Below are positions 1 through 8,199 of a stretch of 27,607 bases of DNA, one piece after another. Under the pieces are notes generated by a model. The model saw only the letters and a program-made list of their open reading frames with translations, ran no database searches and had not been told where the DNA came from. A program made the translations under genes and the position numbers. The stretch's first letter is position 1; every line of letters starts with the position of its first letter. Source of the stretch: Pedosphaera sp. (GTDB lineage: Bacteria > Verrucomicrobiota > Verrucomicrobiia > Limisphaerales > SIBH01); NCBI GenBank assembly GCA_031414955.1, contig JANOQV010000055.1, positions 1-27,607 on the forward strand. Direction: 5' to 3'.

Positions 1-536
1 CGCCTTTCTTCATGGCATCGGCCACTGCCGACATTGCCTACATGAAGCTGCTCGTCGAGTTGGGCGCCAATCCCGCCATCGGCAATGCGGATGACTGCAC
101 GCCGCTCATCGCCGCGTGCGGCGTCGGGGTTGGCAGCGCGGCGGCGAATGAAGTCGCGGGCGAAGAATCGGAAGTGCTCGAAGCGGCGCAACTGCTCCTC
201 AAGCTCGGCGCAGACATCAACGCCGTCGATGCCAACGGCGAAACCGCCATGCACGGCGCGGCGTTGAAAAATCTTCCAAAGGTGGTGCAATTCCTCGCCG
301 CCAACGGTGCGAAAATCGAAACCTGGAACAAGAAGAACCGTTACGGCTGGACGCCGTTGTTGATCGCGCAGGGGCACCGGCCGGGGAACTTCAAACCATC
401 GTTCGAAACCGTGGACGCGCTGCACAAGGTCATGCTGGCGGCGGGCGTGACGCCTCCGAACCACGAACGTCCGGCGGACCTCAATAACACCGACTGGGTG
501 CCGCCCAACCTACCTCCAGTGAAGAAACAGCCGTAA
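1..536 (+). CDS. Ankyrin-repeat protein, 5'-truncated by the window edge
   Basis: Frame is open from position 3 (P-F-F-M-A...). Contains ankyrin motifs TPLIAA, GADINAVDANGETAMHGAA and GWTPLLIA. Stop TAA at 534-536. Confidence 0.85.
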   Translation, partial: PFFMASATADIAYMKLLVELGANPAIGNADDCTPLIAACGVGVGSAAANEVAGEESEVLEAAQLLLKLGADINAVDANGETAMHGAALKNLPKVVQFLAANGAKIETWNKKNRYGWTPLLIAQGHRPGNFKPSFETVDALHKVMLAAGVTPPNHERPADLNNTDWVPPNLPPVKKQP

Positions 537-671
537 CCCGAGCAGTGACAATCATCGGGCGGTTGGAGTGAAGAGGGCCGCCCATGAGTCCGACTTGCTG
601 CGACTCTTCGGTTACCTCCCGTCTGCTGCGCCAGTCTTGTTTGCCACAAAGTGATTAGGCACCTTTCCCAC

Positions 672-2318
672 ATGCGCACGAAGCTTCACCTCAGCACGGC
701 GGTCGTCGGCCGGTTGCTCGTGGCGCTGCTTTGGCTTCACGGCGGCGTACGCGCGGCGGTCTATGTGCCGGGCGGAAAAAACTCGTCGGTGGAAACCGAT
801 GCGCTCTTCTCCGGCGAAACCGTGCTGGCGCTGTCCATCGAGGTGGATGCCCAGGGTCTGGAGACGCTGCGGGCCAATTCCTCGAACCGTCACAACTCGC
901 CCAACCGTCCTGATGCGCTGGCCACGGTGCGCGAGGGAACGAACACCTACCGGCGCGTGGCCATTCATCTCAAGGGCAGCGCGGGGAGTTTTCGCGACGT
1001 GGAGCAGAAGCCGGCCTTCACCCTGCACTTCGACGAGAACATTCCGGGCCAGCGCTTTCACGGACTCGAGAAAATCAGCTTGAACAATTCGGTGCAGGAT
1101 TCGACCTACATGTGCGAAGTCCTCGGGCGGCAGATGTTCAACGCCACGTCGGTGCCGGTGCCGCGCGCTGGTCATGCGACGGTGATCTTCAACGGAGAGC
1201 CGCTCGGGCTGTACGTGCTCCTGGAAGGATGGAACAAGCAGTTTCTCAAGCGCCACTTCCCGGACCTCAAGGGGAACCTGTACGAAGGCGCGTTTCGTGA
1301 CGACATCACGGCTCCGCTCGAGGCCAAGTCGGGCGCGGAGCCGGAGAATCGCACGGATCTCGACGCGCTGGTGCGCGCCGCCCGGGTGCCGGATCTTGCG
1401 CCGCGCTTCGCCGCGCTGGACCGAGTGCTGGATGTGGATCGGTTCGTCACCTTTGTTGCGCTGGAGGTGCTGCTCAACCATTGGGACGGCTACAGTCTGC
1501 ATGTGAACAACTACCGGATTTTCAACGACCATCGCTCGGGCAAATTGATCTTCATGCCGCACGGCCTGGACCAGTTGTTCGGCGTGCGCAAGCGTGAGTT
1601 CGATCCGCAGATTATGCCGGCAATGAGCGGCCTGGTCGCTTCCGCACTGCTGGAAACGCCCGCCGGGCGCCGCTTGTATCTGGATCGCCTGGCCCAGTTG
1701 CACACCAACGTGTTCGACGCTCCGGCGCTGCTCGCCGCGGTGGACAAACTGGAGAAACTGCTGACTCCGGCGTTGCGATCCAACCGCGGCGCGCTTTCTG
1801 AGTTCAATTCGAGGGTGCCGGTGCTGCGCCAGCGACTCGAGGAGCGGTCGGCCGAGGTGCGCGAGCAACTGGCCGAGATGCAGCCCCCCCAGTTCGATGC
1901 CCAGGGTGAGGCGAGTCTCGCCGGTCTGAATTTCAAGAGCGCCATGCGGGAGGCCTTCAACGGGCGCCGCGGGCAGTTTACCCGGCAGTTTGGTGGGGCC
2001 AACGCCGGACGGATGGTGGGTTCGTTCCGGGCCGTGTTGCAGTTGGAGAGTGGTCGCTACCGGTTTCAGGCGCGGGTCCGAACGCAAGTGGATCAACGTG
2101 CGGTGAGCGAGGCGGCGGTGAGTCTGCGCAGTTCCGAAGGGCGTGATTCGCGCCGCCGGGAACCGGCGAATGGCTGGGTGGTGGTCGAGCACGAATTCAC
2201 CACGCGGGAGCGTGACTATGTGAACTTGATTTATGAATTTGGCTCGATGGATGGCTTTAGCGCGTTGGACAAGCCTTCCCTCCGACTGGTCCGGCTGGGC
2301 CCGCCCCAAACCCGGTAA
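672..2318 (+). CDS. CotH kinase family protein with signal peptide and C-terminal accessory domain
   Basis: CotH-like motifs HLKGSAGS, KPAFTLHF, LNNSVQDSTYMCE, GLYVLLE, NHWDGY, NNYRIF and PHGLDQLFG. Hydrophobic N-terminus ending VRA. ATG at 672 preferred over GTG at 651. Confidence 0.8.
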   Translation: MRTKLHLSTAVVGRLLVALLWLHGGVRAAVYVPGGKNSSVETDALFSGETVLALSIEVDAQGLETLRANSSNRHNSPNRPDALATVREGTNTYRRVAIHLKGSAGSFRDVEQKPAFTLHFDENIPGQRFHGLEKISLNNSVQDSTYMCEVLGRQMFNATSVPVPRAGHATVIFNGEPLGLYVLLEGWNKQFLKRHFPDLKGNLYEGAFRDDITAPLEAKSGAEPENRTDLDALVRAARVPDLAPRFAALDRVLDVDRFVTFVALEVLLNHWDGYSLHVNNYRIFNDHRSGKLIFMPHGLDQLFGVRKREFDPQIMPAMSGLVASALLETPAGRRLYLDRLAQLHTNVFDAPALLAAVDKLEKLLTPALRSNRGALSEFNSRVPVLRQRLEERSAEVREQLAEMQPPQFDAQGEASLAGLNFKSAMREAFNGRRGQFTRQFGGANAGRMVGSFRAVLQLESGRYRFQARVRTQVDQRAVSEAAVSLRSSEGRDSRRREPANGWVVVEHEFTTRERDYVNLIYEFGSMDGFSALDKPSLRLVRLGPPQTR

Positions 2319-2386
2319 GGGGTGGGGTGCGCCAGACGAGAGCGAATACCGGTTCCGCCGCGCCGTCTGAGCATGACCACAAACTT

Positions 2387-4267
2387 ATGAACTTGTTCAC
2401 TTTGTCACTTTGTTTCGTGCTCCTGACCGGAGGCGGGGTCCGCCTCGCCGCCGAGGAGCTTCACACTTTCAGGCGCGTCCAACTCAATGATCAGTTCTGG
2501 AGCGAGGGCGCGAACTTCGGCGACCTGAACAAGGACGGCGTGAACGACCTCATCTCGGGGCCGTGGTGGTGGGAGGGGCCGGATTTCAAGAAGAGCCACG
2601 AATTTTATCCGGCCCAGGCGACCTTCAATCTCAAGCTCGGCCCGATGACGACGGTGAAGGTGCCGGGCTTCGAGGGCACCTTGGGCGTGGCGAACAAATA
2701 CTCGGACAACTTCTTTGTCTGGACGCTGGACTTCAACAAGGACGGCTGGAACGACATTCTCATCATTGGATTTCCGGGACAGGACACGTCGTGGTTCGAG
2801 AATCCCAAGGGCGGCGAAGGACACTGGAAGAGGCATAAGATTTTTGCGCAGACGGACAACGAGTCGCCCACGTTCACGGACATCACCGGCGATGGGAAGC
2901 CCGAGCTGGTGTGCATCACCAAGGGTCAATACGGCTACGCTTCGCCGGACTGGAGCGCGCCGCAGAAGCCGTGGACGTTTCATGCCATTACGCCCAACAA
3001 CAAATACGGCAACTTCACCCACGGCATGGGCGTGGGCGACGTGAACGGTGATGCGCGGATGGATCTGTTGGAGAAGAACGGCTGGTGGGAACAACCCGCA
3101 TCGCTTGCGGGCGATCCGGTGTGGACGTTCCACAGGCAGCCCATGGGCAGCGGCGGCTCGCAAATGTACGCCTATGACGTGAATGGCGACGGCTTGAACG
3201 ACATCATCACCGCGCTGGCGGCACATGGCTTTGGCCTGGCCTGGTATGAGCAATACCGTGAGGGTGGCGAGAGCAAGTTCCGCGAGCACGTCTTCATGAA
3301 CAAGGAACCTGGCGACAACAAATACGGCGTGAAGTTCTCCGAGTTGCACGCCATCGATCTGGTGGACATGGACGGCGACGGGATCAAGGACATCGTGACC
3401 GGCAAGCGCTTCTGGTCGCACGGGCGCACCGGCGATCCGGATCGTAACGACAAGGCGGTGCTTTACTGGTTCAAGCTCGTGCGGGGCGCGGACAAGTCAG
3501 TGGATTTTGTGCCCCATCTCATCGACGAAAATTCCGGCGTCGGCACGCAGATCGTGGCGGGCGACATCAACGGCGACGGGCTGCCCGACATCGTGATCGG
3601 CAACAAGAAGGGCACGTTCATCCAGTGGCACGAAAAGAAAACCGTGTCGCGTGCGGAGTGGGAGAAGGTGCAGCCCAAGCCTATCGAGCAGCTCAAGAAA
3701 GCCGCCACCATCAAACCCAAGGGAGAGGACGGTCAGGTGCTCAACTTGGATTTTGAAGCCGGCTCGCTCAAGGGTTGGACCGCGACCGGCACGGCCTTCG
3801 ACGCCATGCCCGCCAAGGGCGATGCCGTCAACCGTCGCCGCAGCGACATGGTCAGCGGACATCAAGGCGAACATTGGGTTGGCTCCTACGAAGCGCACGG
3901 CGACGCTGCCGTCGGCACGCTGACGTCAGTTCCATTTGTCGTCACTCAGCCTTACGCCAGCTTCCTCATCGGTGGCGGTTCGGGGAACAAGACTCGGGTG
4001 GAGATTCTCAATGTTGCCAGTGGTCAGGTGCTCTTCCGCGCCACCGGGCCGGACGATGAAAAGATGCGCACAGTTTTCGCCGACCTTCGTCCGTTCATGG
4101 GCGCGAAGATGCAACTGCGCGTGGTGGATGAAGCTACGACCGGCTGGGGCCATGTGAACTTCGATGAGTTTGTCTTTCACGATGGTCCGCTGGCCAAGGC
4201 CACGGAGATCAAGCCCGTCCTGCTGGTCGGGCAGGCTGCTCCCGTCGGAGAGGTGATCTCGCACTGA
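2387..4267 (+). CDS. Secreted FG-GAP/VCBS-repeat beta-propeller protein fused to a C-terminal beta-sandwich-like domain
   Basis: Repeated Ca-binding loops GDLNKDGVND, DFNKDGWND, DITGDGKPE, GDVNGDARMD, DVNGDGLND, DMDGDGIKD and GDINGDGLPD. Signal peptide from ATG 2387 (MNLFTLSLCFVLL...). C-terminal NLDFEAG...WGHVNFDEF domain. Confidence 0.8.
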   Translation: MNLFTLSLCFVLLTGGGVRLAAEELHTFRRVQLNDQFWSEGANFGDLNKDGVNDLISGPWWWEGPDFKKSHEFYPAQATFNLKLGPMTTVKVPGFEGTLGVANKYSDNFFVWTLDFNKDGWNDILIIGFPGQDTSWFENPKGGEGHWKRHKIFAQTDNESPTFTDITGDGKPELVCITKGQYGYASPDWSAPQKPWTFHAITPNNKYGNFTHGMGVGDVNGDARMDLLEKNGWWEQPASLAGDPVWTFHRQPMGSGGSQMYAYDVNGDGLNDIITALAAHGFGLAWYEQYREGGESKFREHVFMNKEPGDNKYGVKFSELHAIDLVDMDGDGIKDIVTGKRFWSHGRTGDPDRNDKAVLYWFKLVRGADKSVDFVPHLIDENSGVGTQIVAGDINGDGLPDIVIGNKKGTFIQWHEKKTVSRAEWEKVQPKPIEQLKKAATIKPKGEDGQVLNLDFEAGSLKGWTATGTAFDAMPAKGDAVNRRRSDMVSGHQGEHWVGSYEAHGDAAVGTLTSVPFVVTQPYASFLIGGGSGNKTRVEILNVASGQVLFRATGPDDEKMRTVFADLRPFMGAKMQLRVVDEATTGWGHVNFDEFVFHDGPLAKATEIKPVLLVGQAAPVGEVISH

Positions 4268-4314
4268 GTCACATTCCGCCCGGTGCGCGCTCACGGCGCA
4301 CTCACGGCAAAGGT

Positions 4315-4343
4315 TTGACCCCGATTTCCGCGCGGCCTAGTTT
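4315..4343 (+). promoter_or_regulatory. Sigma70-type promoter for the mlaE operon, probably giving a leaderless transcript
   Basis: TTGACC (4315-4320), 17-bp spacer, TAGTTT (4338-4343), then 6 nt to GTG at 4350. No Shine-Dalgarno. Confidence 0.6.
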
Positions 4344-4349
4344 CGCGCC

Positions 4350-5213
4350 GTGGAAAAAGCCGCCCCCAGCCTGACCAGCCTCTCGCGCCGTGCGCTGGAC
4401 TTGTGGCGCGCTCCCATGCCGCCATCCTTCGCCAGCTTCATCGGGCGTAAAATTCTGCTTTTTCTGCTGACTCTCCAGGGTCTGGGCGCGTTTGCGCTCA
4501 TCACGCTCGGGGTCATGGTGAGCAAGTTCGGCGTGTCTTCGCGGGTCATCGGTCCGCTTATCCGCACGCACCTGGCCCGCGCCGGGTTGCGGTTGCTCCC
4601 CATGACGATGTTCATCTCGGTCGCGCTCGGCCTGGTGGTGATTGGGCAGATGGTTTCCTTGCTGTCGCAGGCCAGAGCCGATCAATACCTGGGCATGGCC
4701 ATGGTGACGGTGGTGGTCCGCGAGTTGGGTCCGCTGCTCACGGCCATGATTGTCCTCGCGCGCACGGGTACGGCCAATGTGATCGAGCTGGCCACGGCGC
4801 GCGCCCTGGGCGAAGTCGAGGCGCTCGAGGCGCTGGGCATTGATCCGGTGCATTATTTCGTGGTGCCGCGCGTCATCGGCATGGCGCTCGGGATTTTTTC
4901 GCTCACGGTTTATCTGATCCTCGGAGCGCTCTTGAGCGGCTATCTGTGGGCCTTCATTCAGAACGTGCCTTTGAAGCCGGGCGAATACTTCGCGCAACTG
5001 GCCGGGGCCCTGCGGGTGCTGGATTTCGTCATGCTGGCGCTGAAGACCTCGCTCTTCGGGGCCATCATCGCGGTGGTGACGTGCTACCACGGCCTCGCGC
5101 AGCCGTTGCGGCTCGAGGAAGTTTCCGCCGTGACCATTCGGGCCGTGACGCAAAGCATCATTCTCTGTCTGCTGCTCGATGCTTTGTTCATCGTGGTTTA
5201 CCTGCTGGCATGA
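4350..5213 (+). CDS. mlaE: MlaE-family ABC transporter permease
   Basis: Motifs VVRELGPLLTAMIVLARTG, EVEALEALGIDPVHYFVVPR and CYHGL; multiple TM segments; followed by ATPase and MCE genes. Confidence 0.9.
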   Translation: MEKAAPSLTSLSRRALDLWRAPMPPSFASFIGRKILLFLLTLQGLGAFALITLGVMVSKFGVSSRVIGPLIRTHLARAGLRLLPMTMFISVALGLVVIGQMVSLLSQARADQYLGMAMVTVVVRELGPLLTAMIVLARTGTANVIELATARALGEVEALEALGIDPVHYFVVPRVIGMALGIFSLTVYLILGALLSGYLWAFIQNVPLKPGEYFAQLAGALRVLDFVMLALKTSLFGAIIAVVTCYHGLAQPLRLEEVSAVTIRAVTQSIILCLLLDALFIVVYLLA

Positions 5214-5965
5214 GTCTGGAGACGACATTGGAATTACGGGACGCGGTGGTGCCGATGCGGCGCCACGCCGAGGTGCCGGCACTGACCGGAGTGAACTGGT
5301 CGGTGCCGACGGGTGATTTCTGGGTTGTCGGCGGGGCGGAAGGCGCGGGCAAAAGCGACCTGATTTTCATGCTGGCCGGACTGACGCGGCCGCTCGGCGG
5401 AAGCTACACGCTGCTGGGGCAGGACATGGCGCGGCAATTTGGCGACGAGTTCCTGCCCAATCGTATGCGGGTGGGCATGGTCTTCGATGACGCGCGGTTG
5501 CTCAGTCATCTGACCATCGCCGAGAACGTGGCGCTGCCGGCGCGCTACCATCAGGATTTGCACCTGGACGAAGCCACCGCCTGGGTGGGGGCGTTGCTCA
5601 AGGCCACGGACGTGGCGGAGTTTGCCGGCCACACGCCCAGCCTGCTCTCGCGACAATGGCGGCGACGCGCGGCGCTGGCCCGGGCGCTGGCCCTGCGGCC
5701 GGAGGTTTTGTTTCTCGAGAATCCCTTGCGCGGACTCGATTCGCGCCAGTCGGTCTGGTGGATCAGTTTTTTGAAACGGCTCTGGCGCGGACATGATTTG
5801 ATGAGCGGTCGCCCGATGACCATCGTGGTCACGAGCGACGAGTTCCGGCCCTGGCGGAATTCGGGCGGACAATTTGCCACGTTGCAGGACGGTAAGTTTT
5901 CCGTGGCGGGCGCGGAGGCGCCGGATGACGAAGCACCGCCCGCGCCGCGGGAGGCGGCGGCCTAG
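5210..5965 (+). CDS. mlaF: MlaF-like ABC ATP-binding protein with degenerate catalytic motifs
   Basis: ATG at 5210 overlaps the mlaE stop (ATGA). Walker A GAEGAGKS, RVGMVF...LTIAENVALP and AALARALALRPEVLFLENP. Confidence 0.8.
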   Translation: MSLETTLELRDAVVPMRRHAEVPALTGVNWSVPTGDFWVVGGAEGAGKSDLIFMLAGLTRPLGGSYTLLGQDMARQFGDEFLPNRMRVGMVFDDARLLSHLTIAENVALPARYHQDLHLDEATAWVGALLKATDVAEFAGHTPSLLSRQWRRRAALARALALRPEVLFLENPLRGLDSRQSVWWISFLKRLWRGHDLMSGRPMTIVVTSDEFRPWRNSGGQFATLQDGKFSVAGAEAPDDEAPPAPREAAA

Positions 5966-5999
5966 CGAGCCAGCCAACCGCATTCACTTGAGATAATTT

Positions 6000-7112
6000 A
6001 TGGCAGCACAAGATTTGACCCCGCAGTTGCGGACCCGGTTGGGCCGGCTGGAAAAAGCCGTGGGTTGGTTCGTGACCCTGGCCACGCTGCTCATGCTCGG
6101 CGGGCTGGCTTACTACGTCTATCACCTGGCCGCGCTCAAGGGCTGGTTCGTGCCCAAGGCCCTCTACTTCGCCTACCTCGAGAGCGGCGCGGGGATCAAG
6201 ATCGGCGACAAGGTGAAGCTCATGGGCTTCGATGCCGGCGAGATCACCATGATCAAACCGGAGGAACCGAACTCGGGCGAGAATGTTTACGTCCAGTTGC
6301 AGGTCTTCGGCGACAACATCGGCTACATCTGGGACGACTCCATCCTCAAGGTGAAATCCGCCGGCGTGCTCGGCTCGCGCTATCTGGAAGTGACCAAGGG
6401 CGGCACGCGCTCCACGACCGACCTCCATGCCACCTATAAAATGGCGGGGGGGAGAATCACCAGCGTCTGGTCGCGCGAACAAAAAAGTTTCATCAACTGG
6501 AGCAAGGGCAGTGCGCCGTATGAACTGCTGGTGGACGAACCGCCGGAGCTTTCCTCCCAGCTCGACGCCATGGTCGGGATGTTAAAAGTCTCGCTGACCA
6601 ACATCCTCCAGCTCACCAACTCGCTCGGGCGGACGCTGGACAACGCCGCCAACGCGACCTCCAACGTCAACGAATTGCTGATCGACGCCCGGCCGCTCAT
6701 CCGTAACGTGACGCTCATCACCGACAGCTTGAAACAGCCCGGCGGTTCGCTGGGCGAGTGGCTCATTCCCGCGGCCATGAATCAGCAGCTCACCTTCCTG
6801 CTCACCAACGCCAACTCGACCGTGGGCAACGTCAACGCCACCGTGACCAACGCCAACACCAACCTGGTCATCGTCTTCTCCAACATCACCGTCTCGCTCG
6901 AAAACCTTGCCAGCCTGACCAGCAACCTCAACGCCCAGGTCCAGCGCAACAACAACATCGTCAGCTCCGTCTCCAAACTCATCGTCGATACCGACGGCAT
7001 GGTGCAGGGGCTGAAGAAGCACTGGCTGCTGCGCTCGGCCTTCAAGGACGAGAAAGAGGCCGGCGGCACCGTGCCGCGTCCGAAGAATGCCAAAGGGGCA
7101 GGGCGGGAGTGA
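6000..7112 (+). CDS. mlaD: MlaD/MCE-domain protein with long helical C-terminal region
   Basis: N-terminal TM anchor, MCE motif AGIKIGDKVKLMGFDAGEI, GVLGSRYLEVTKG, Asn/Thr-rich heptad helices, and terminal LKKHWLLRSAF. Confidence 0.85.
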   Translation: MAAQDLTPQLRTRLGRLEKAVGWFVTLATLLMLGGLAYYVYHLAALKGWFVPKALYFAYLESGAGIKIGDKVKLMGFDAGEITMIKPEEPNSGENVYVQLQVFGDNIGYIWDDSILKVKSAGVLGSRYLEVTKGGTRSTTDLHATYKMAGGRITSVWSREQKSFINWSKGSAPYELLVDEPPELSSQLDAMVGMLKVSLTNILQLTNSLGRTLDNAANATSNVNELLIDARPLIRNVTLITDSLKQPGGSLGEWLIPAAMNQQLTFLLTNANSTVGNVNATVTNANTNLVIVFSNITVSLENLASLTSNLNAQVQRNNNIVSSVSKLIVDTDGMVQGLKKHWLLRSAFKDEKEAGGTVPRPKNAKGAGRE

Positions 7113-7178
7113 AAGAGGCGAAACTCCAAATCTCAAAGTCGCCTCCAAATAAATTCCAAGCGCCGGTCTGAAAATTTA

Positions 7179-7296
7179 GCCCCGGAGTGCGCCCGTCCTC
7201 GGGCGCAGCCAAGTGATGACGCCGAGCGCGTTGGAAAAATCCACACCGGTCGCCTTTTCCACGTAGCTGCGCCCGGGGACGGGCGCACTCCGGGGC
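7179..7296. repeat. REP/REPIN-like inverted repeat (31-bp arms, 1 mismatch) between convergent genes
   Basis: GCCCCGGAGTGCGCCCGTCCTCGGGCGCAGC (7179-7209) versus GCTGCGCCCGGGGACGGGCGCACTCCGGGGC (7266-7296). Each arm is itself a hairpin (TGCGCCC-N6-GGGCGCA) preceded by GGAG. Confidence 0.8.
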
Positions 7297-7308
7297 GCAT
7301 GACTTTGG

Positions 7309-8181
7309 TCAGAAGTGGCGGCGCAAGAATTTCCGCACTACCGCCAACCGTTCGGTGTCGTAGAACTTCGCGCCGCCGTGGGCCGCGCCGGAGACGATTT
7401 CCAACTGCACCGGAGCTTTGGCCTGTTGATATGCGCCGTGCAGTTCCAGCGCCTGGTTCACGGGCATCTGCGGGTCTTGCTCGCCGTGGAGCAGGAGCAG
7501 CGGGGGATCGCTCGGATTGACATGGAACACCGGGCTGGCGAGCCGGGCGAGGGCCGGAACATTCGTGGGCTGGCCGCCGAGCAGCAAATCCAGGGCGGGC
7601 TTGCGCACGCTCAGACCATGCGGGGTGGATTGCTGGAGAATGGTGGTGAGATTCGCGCCGCCATAAAAACTGATGATGCCCTGCACGCCGGAGTTCTGGG
7701 CGCGATCGTTTCCAATCCCGCCTTCCAGTTCCGCGTGGCCGTTCGACACCCCGACCAAGGCTGCGAGGTGTCCGCCTGCCGAGTCACCCGTGATGAGAAT
7801 CTTTTTCGTCGGCAGCCGCCACTCAAGCTCGTGGCCGCGCAGGAAACGGATGGCCGCCTTGAGGTCGTGAATCTGCGCCGGAAATCTCGCCTGCGTGGAG
7901 AGCCGGTAATCCACGCTCGCCACCGCGTAGCCCTCCTGAACAAGTTTTGCCAGCGGCATGTCCTGCCTGGAACCCGAGCGCCAGGCCCCGCCATGCACCC
8001 AGACAATCAGCGGGGCGCGCGGCGGGCCGGCGGGAAGGTGGAGGTCAAGCTGGAGCGAATGGTCGTCCACCCGCGCGAATTCCACATCGCGCACGACCCG
8101 GCCTGGCACCGGTTCCGCCGCCTGGGTGAGGATGACACCGAGCAGGGCCAGACTGGAAATCCAGGTTTGGTAAATGAGCAT
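7309..8181 (-). CDS. Secreted alpha/beta hydrolase (HSL-like / BD-FAE-type carboxylesterase)
   Basis: VHGGAW oxyanion motif, nucleophile GDSAGG, LHGEQD (Asp) and GAAHG (His); signal peptide. Confidence 0.88.
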   Translation of the reverse strand: MLIYQTWISSLALLGVILTQAAEPVPGRVVRDVEFARVDDHSLQLDLHLPAGPPRAPLIVWVHGGAWRSGSRQDMPLAKLVQEGYAVASVDYRLSTQARFPAQIHDLKAAIRFLRGHELEWRLPTKKILITGDSAGGHLAALVGVSNGHAELEGGIGNDRAQNSGVQGIISFYGGANLTTILQQSTPHGLSVRKPALDLLLGGQPTNVPALARLASPVFHVNPSDPPLLLLHGEQDPQMPVNQALELHGAYQQAKAPVQLEIVSGAAHGGAKFYDTERLAVVRKFLRRHF

Positions 8182-8199
8182 GACGAAGCGCAGGCTAGG

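Noticed and set aside
612..2309. 565-aa minus-strand ORF
   Set aside because: Antisense shadow of the CotH-family gene; no motifs, composition typical of GC-rich reverse frames.
4946..5209. N-terminal extension of the ATPase ORF
   Set aside because: Overlaps mlaE; the ATGA-coupled ATG at 5210 is the plausible start.
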